A stretch of DNA of 64,000 bases from the human T2T-CHM13v2.0 reference genome, Homo sapiens, in NCBI RefSeq assembly GCF_009914755.1, contig NC_060942.1. The stretch is one strand, 5' to 3'. Below the pieces are notes generated by a model. The model was not told the DNA's origin and searched no databases. It saw only the letters and a program-made list of their open reading frames with translations. Numbering within the stretch: the first letter of the stretch is position 1; each line of letters begins with the position of its first letter. Positions 57,722 to 64,000 of this stretch are shown here, in pieces. A program made the position numbers and the translations under genes.

Positions 57722-60700
57722 AGGATCCCTTCAATGCCTAGTTAGTTGAGGGTTTTTAACATAAAGGTATGTTGAATTTTCAAAAGCCTTCTCTGCATCT
57801 ATTGAGATAAACATGTGGTTTTTGCTTTTAATTCTGTCTATGTGATGAATCACAATTATTGATTTGTGTATATTGAACCAACCTTGCATCCCAGGGATAA
57901 AGCCTACTTGATCATGTTAGGTTACCTATTTGATGTGCTGCTGGATTTCGTTTGCTAGTATCTTCTTGAGAATTTCTACATCTATTTTCATCAAGGATAT
58001 TGGCCTGAACTTTTCTTTTTGTATTGTGTCTCTGCCAGGTTTTGGTATCAGGAAGATGCTGGCCTCATAGAATGAATTAAGGAATAATTCATCCTCTTCA
58101 ATTTTTTGGGAGAGTTTCAGTAGGAATGGTATCAGCTCTTCTTCATACATCTCATCGAATTTGACTGTGATTCCATTTGGTCCTGGGCTTCTTTCAGCTG
58201 GTAAGCTTTTTACTACTGATTAAATTTTGGAACTTATTATTGGTCTGTTCAGGAATTTGATTTCTTCCTGATTCAGTCTTGGCAGGCTCTTTGTGCCCAG
58301 AAATTTATCCATTTCTTCTAGTTTTATAGTTTTTGTGCATAGAGGTGTTTGTGGTAGTCTCTGAGGGTTTTTTTTTTTTGTATTTCTGTGGGTGTCAATG
58401 ATAATGTTCCCTTTGTCACTTCTAGTTGGGTTTGTTTGGATCTTCTCTCTCTTTTTTTTGAATTAGTCTAGCTAGCAGTGTATTTTATTAATGTTTTAAA
58501 AAATTAACTCATGGATTTATTGATCTTTGTATTTTTTTGTTTGTTTGTTTCTCAATGTCCTTCAGTTCAGCTCTGATTTTAGTTATTTCTTGTTTTATGC
58601 TAGCTTTGGGGTTAGTTTGCTCTTGTTTCTCTCATTCCTCTAGTTGTGCTGTTAGGTTGTTAATTTGAGACCTTTCCAACTTTTTGAAGTAGGTGTTTAG
58701 TGCTATAAACTTCCCTCTTAACACTGACTTGGTTTGATCCCAGAGATTCTGGTATGTTGTATCTTTGTTCTCATTAGTTTCAAAGAATTTCTTGATTTCT
58801 GCCTCAATTTCATTATTTTCCCAAAAGTCATTCAGGAGCAGGTAGTTCAATTTCCATGTAATTTTTGGTTTGAGGATTTTTTAAATTATTGACTTCTATT
58901 TTTTTTGCACTGTGGTCCAAGAGTTGGGTTGGTATCATTTCAATTATTTTGAATCTGCTGAGGATTATTTTAAGTCCAATTGTGCAGTCACTTTTAGAGT
59001 ATGTGCCATGTGATGATGTTGTAGAATGTGTATTCTGTTGTCTTGGAGTGGAGAATTCTGTAGATCTCTATTAGGTTCATTGTTGATTCAGATCCTGAAT
59101 ACCTTTGTTAATTTTCTGCCTCAATGATCTGTTTAACACTGTCAGTGGGTTGTTGAAGACTCCCACTATTACTGTGTAGAAATCTAAGTCTCTTTGTAGG
59201 CCTCTAAGAACTTGTTTTATGAATCTGGGTTCTCTAATGCTGAGTGCATATATATTGAGAATAGTTAGGCCTTCTTGTTGAACACTTTACCATATGTAAT
59301 GCCCTTCTTTGTCATTTTTTATCTTTGTTGATTTAAAGTCTGTTTTGCTTGAATTTGAAATAGCAACCCTTGCTTTGTTTTCCATTAGCTTGGTAGAGTT
59401 TTCTCCATCCTTTTATTTTGAACCCATGGATGTCACTGCGTGTGAGATGGGTCTCCTGAAGACAGCATGCCATTGGGTGTTGCTTCTTTATCTAGTCTGC
59501 CACTCTGTGACTTTTAATTGTGGCATTAGCCTGTTTACATTTAAGGGTAATATTGATATGTGCTCTCATCATGTTGTTAGCAAGTTATTATGCAGACTTA
59601 TTTGTGTAGTTGCTTTATGGTGTCTATTTATTGTGTACTTAAGTATGTTTTTGTAGTGGCTGGTAATGGTCTTTCCTTCCATTTATAGTGCTCCTGTTGG
59701 GACCTCTTGTAAGGCAGGTTCGATGATTGCAAATTCCCTTAGCATTTGCTTGTCTAAAAAGGATTCTATTTTTCCTTCACATATGAAGCTTAGTTCGGCT
59801 AGAGATTAAATTTTTGGCTGGAAATTCATTAGTTTAAGAATGCTGAATATAGGCCCCCAGTCTCTTCTGGCTTGTAGGGTTTCTGCTGAATGGTTTGCTG
59901 TTAGCGTGATGGGATTCCCTTTGTAGGTGTGGTCCTGCCCCTTTTCTCTAGTATACTTTAACTTTTTTTTTCATTCATTTTGACACTGGAAAAATCTTAC
60001 TATTATATGTCTTGGAGGATGGCCTTCTTTTCTAGTATCTCTCAGGGGGTTTCTGCATTTCCTGAATTTGAATGTGCGTCTCTCTAGTGAGGTTGAGGAA
60101 GATTTTTTCATGGCGATATCCTGAAATATGTTTTCCAAGCCTACATTCCCCCCATCTCATTCAGGGATGGCAATGAGTCACAGATTTCATCTCTTTGCAT
60201 GATCCCATATTTCACAAAAGTTTTGTTTGTTCTTCTTTTTTTTTTCTGACTTAGGAAAAACAGTCTTTAAGCTCTGGGATTCTTTCCTTGGCTTGGCCTA
60301 TTCTGTTGTTCATACTTGCAATTGCATTACAAAATTCTTGTAGTATGTTTTCTAGTTCTTTCAGATCAGTTTGGGTCTTTCTTATAATGGCCATTTTATC
60401 TATCAGCTCCTATAGTATTTTACTGTGGCCCTTAGATTTCTTGGATTATGTTTCAACTTTCTTCTGAATCTTATGTTCTTCATTCCTATCCATGCTCTGA
60501 ATTCTATTTCTGCCATTTCAGCCATTTCAGCCTGGTTAAGAACCCTTGCTGGGCAACTAGTGCAGTTGTTTGGAGGAAAGAAGACACTCTGCCTTTTTGA
60601 GTTTCCAGAGTTCTTGTACTGGTTCTTTCTTACCTGTGTGAGCTGGTGCTTCCTTTAACTGCAGTGTAGATTGAGTACAGTCAGTAGACTTTCTTCTCTG

Positions 60701-62510
60701 GATGTGTTCACAGGGCTGAGGCTTTGTGAAAGGTCTGTATTTGTAGCTAAATTCTTGTCCTTGGTTTCACAGGAGGTTATATTAGCGAAGCATTTTAGAT
60801 GTTGAAGTTTTGTGCTGTGATCTGGCAGATGGTGCTTAAGCATAAAGGCCAGTAGGCAGGCTCTTGCTCAGCCACGTGGTTGCACTGTGGGCCCAAGCTG
60901 GTGAAAAGCAGGAGGCAGCAGGTGGTCATAGTGGAGAGGGACTGGCTTCTTTTTGTTACAACTTGCTGGAAGTGTGGTTAAGGTACTCTGGGTCTTGTCT
61001 CCTTCCCCAGTCTGAGGGCAGCAAGGGCAGTACCACTGCAGTGACAATGGCAGAGGGCTTTTGGCTGCCTCTAGGAGCTCCACCTCAGAGATGCAGAACT
61101 GATGCTAATGGGGCTGTTAAGCCAGGAGGTGGGGCCGCTGCACTGCTGGCCTGAGCTGGGGGCTCCACTTGTTGGGGAGTGGGGGGTCAAGGCCTCACAG
61201 AGAAAAGAGACTGGGCTCCTCTCCTCCATGCGGTGACTGTGGTGTGCTGGAAGGGCAAGTGATGTCCTCGGGCTCTTTGTTTCTTCCCCAGACAGAGGGC
61301 AGCAGGGCAGAACAGCTGCCGTGGCCATGGCAGAGAGGCTGTTTGTTGCCTCTGGTAGTCCCTGCCCAGAGAGACACAGAACTACTACCAGTAGGTGCGC
61401 TCAGCTGGGTTTGGGGCAGCTGTTCTACAGTCTGGAGCCAGGGGCTCTGCCCAGTGAAGGGTGGGGGGTGAGGGGCCGCAGGGAAGCGGGACTGGAATCC
61501 TCTCCATCTGGTGGCTGCGGTGTGCTGGAGGTCCTAGTGTTGCAGCCAGGCCCTCTGTTCCTTCCCAAGCCTGAGGGCTCTTAGGGTGTTAGCACTGCAG
61601 CTACAATGGTGGAGAGATAGTGGGTCGTCTCCGGGATTTCCTCCTCAGAGAAAGGCACAGCCCCCTCCAGCAGAAGTTCAGGTGGGGCAGGGTCATTGTG
61701 CTGCAGTCCCAGGCCTGGAGACCCTGCCCAATGAGGAGAAATGAGGATGGGGACCCACATGAGAAACAGTCTGATGCTTTTCTGAGGAAGAGCTGTGCTG
61801 TGCTGGGGGTGGGTACCAGTGCCTAATCACCGTGCATCCTCCAGAGCCTGAGGGCAACAGCAGCGAGGGCTGCTGGACAGCAAAAATGGTGGCCTGCCCC
61901 TCCCTCTGGGAGCTCCTTCCCAGGGAAGTGCAGAGCTGTTGCCAGCCGAGAGCCCAGGCAGGGCTGGGCTACACAAGGACCACAGACCAGAGACTTTATC
62001 CTGTGAAGTGCAAGGAGGTGAGGCCTGTGGATTTGGCCCCTTTCCTGATGGCATGCAAGGGAGCCTGCCCTCCCCTATTCCTAGAGCTTCAGCCGCTAAT
62101 GCTGGGACACCCGGCGCTCCTCTGTGACCCCGTGTGTGTCTGAGCAGCGGCTCTGCCCATACTCCACGCAGCTCTCCCTGTCGGTCTGGAGGCCCTGATG
62201 GGATGGGCTAACAGGGGAACTCCTGAACCCACGGTTGCAAAGGTCCCTGGCAAAAGTATGGGTCCCCGGGGACTCTCACCTCACTCACTGGTTCCCCATA
62301 TTTTGGGGGATCTCCCCTAGCTCCATGCCATTCCCAGGTGGACAGTCCTCCTGTCTCACTCCTCTCTGTTCTCCGTGGGTCGAGTTCTTTCCTTGATGAA
62401 TCCCATCGTGTCCACCGGGATGTTTCAGTTAAGCTAGTATTTACTCGCCCCCTCCGTGAGAGCCACGCACGCTAGCTGCTACTAGTCAGCAATCTTGGCC
62501 CTGCCCCCTC
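57722..62510 (-). mobile_element. L1 (L1PA13-16/L1PREC2 type): 5'UTR, ORF1 and 5' half of ORF2; 3' end missing
   Basis: 5' end reverse complement gagggggcagggccaagattgctgactag (degenerate YY1 site). GC-rich UTR 60650-62510. ORF2 peptides [33 protein letters not shown] and [24 protein letters not shown]. Stops just after the DAEKAF region. Confidence 0.93.
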
Positions 62511-62700
62511 TTTGTTAATTTTGTATCTAATTGCACTATCGATAACTGAACAAGGAGTATTGAGTCTCCAACTATAACTGAGTTTCTTTTTAAATTCAGT
62601 TCTGTGAGTTTTACTTTTACGCATTTTGCAATTCTGTTATTTGCTCTAGACATATTTGGAGTTTTAGATACATTAAATTTATCCTTTTACAATTTTAAAA
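62511..62700 (-). mobile_element. Old L1M ORF2 (endonuclease region) remnant
   Basis: ggagtattgagtctccaactataact...gcaattctgttatt. Confidence 0.55.
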
Positions 62701-63146
62701 TGTTTCAAAATCAATGATAAAAAATCTTAAGAGTAGCAATATAGAAAATGACACATTAAGTACAGAAGAGCAATAAAGTGAATACATGTTGATTTGCCAT
62801 AGAAAATAACGAAATAGAAATAACGAAAGCCAGAAAACAATGACAAGTCATAAAGTTCTTGAAGACAAAAACTTGTCAATGTATACGAAAATATTCTTAA
62901 ATCCTTCAGAAATCAGGACTACATAAAGATATTTTCACATAAACATGAGGTGAAAGCATAAATCATCAGCAGAAGTTTATTTCAAATAATGCTAAATATC
63001 CACATAGTTTCAGAAATGGTAAATTTGTGGATAAACATAAAATATTAGATTTTATTTATTTTTCTTTTTTAGGTAATTGATTTTTTTGAAGTAAAAATAA
63101 ATATTTTTGAGGTAAGTAGAATATACTGTAGTAAGATTCTTACACA

Positions 63147-63753
63147 CTGTAAGTCTTCATTTAACTCCATTGATAGATTTTTGGAAACTGCAGTTTCAAG
63201 CAAAACAATGTAAAATGAAACTAAATTTACTATAGGTTAACAGAAAAAAACAAGAGTTAAGTTCTTACAGCATTATTTCTGTCCCAAAAACATTACCAAA
63301 CTTCTAAATAAAGACAAAACACTTCTAATACTAAACAGTAAAATAAATGTAAGCTATGCATACATTTAAGAAAGATTAATAAAAAGCCAAACAAGATCAT
63401 TATTTTCCCAGTTAATTACAATTCAGGGTTGCAGGTGGTTGGAATCTACTCAGGTAGCTCAGGATGCAAGGCAGGAACCAACGCTGGACAGGACACCATT
63501 CCATGGCAGGGCATGACTCCCACACACACCCACAGTCACTCCTGCTGGGTCAGTAAAGACACACCAGGTCACCTACATTTGCACAACTGTGGGATCTAGG
63601 AGGAAACTGTATTATCTGGACGACAGTCCTTCAGACATGGGGAGAACATTTAACTCCAACAGATAGTGGCCCCTGGAGAAAGTTGATTTCTTTTCTCATC
63701 AACATCATAACAAAACAATGTTGAACAAAATGACATTATTTGAGGACCTCCTA
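63147..63753 (-). mobile_element. MER6A-like TcMar-Tigger element carrying a V-SINE-type core
   Basis: TIR-like ends ctgtaagtcttcatttaac / ttatttgaggacctcc. Internal aggaggaaactg...cagacatggggagaac. Confidence 0.82.
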
Positions 63754-64000
63754 TATATGTAAAATGGTCTAATATTAATTCAAAACATATTGTGATAGAT
63801 GAAGAATGTGTACTATAATCCCTAGGGCAACCACTACAAAGTAAAAAAGAAGAATTGTAAATAATAAACCAAGAGAGAAGCTCAAGTCAAAAGCTAAAAA
63901 GAATTTTTTAAAATAGCAAAATGATAGATTTAAATACAACCGTATATCAGTAATTACCTTATATAAAATTGACTTAAGGAAATACATGAAAGTATTAGAA

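Noticed and set aside
60650-62510. GC-rich island as a host-gene promoter or coding exons
   Set aside because: It is the 5'UTR of the minus-strand L1, contiguous with ORF1/ORF2, and most CpGs have decayed.

Overview
AT-rich primate (human or great-ape-like) intergenic or deep-intronic DNA in which I recognise no intact protein-coding gene. Much of the window is interspersed repeats: about ten Alus (AluJ to a young AluYa-like copy), L1 fragments including a ~4.8 kb 5'-intact but 3'-truncated L1PA13-16-type element, and a decayed class I ERV gag-pol body (CCHC knuckle, YTDD RT motif, RNase H, integrase). Also present are solo LTRs (MER4, MER39, MER61, MER52/LTR27-like, THE1, MST, MLT1), a complete THE1 LTR-int-LTR element with nested Alus, and DNA transposons (MER1B, MER2, MER3, MER6A, Tigger3). 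The only host-gene-derived sequence is a short RPL10A processed pseudogene. The more unusual signals are a tight triple AP-1 cluster at 40.3-40.45 kb, a 60-bp minisatellite born inside a MER3, an iterative stutter scar at 55.7 kb, the TSD-less RPL10A retrocopy behind a possible splice acceptor, and an Alu / G-rich tract / Alu composite under one TSD. Family names come from recalled consensus sequences, not a database search. I found no evidence for a genuinely new biological system.
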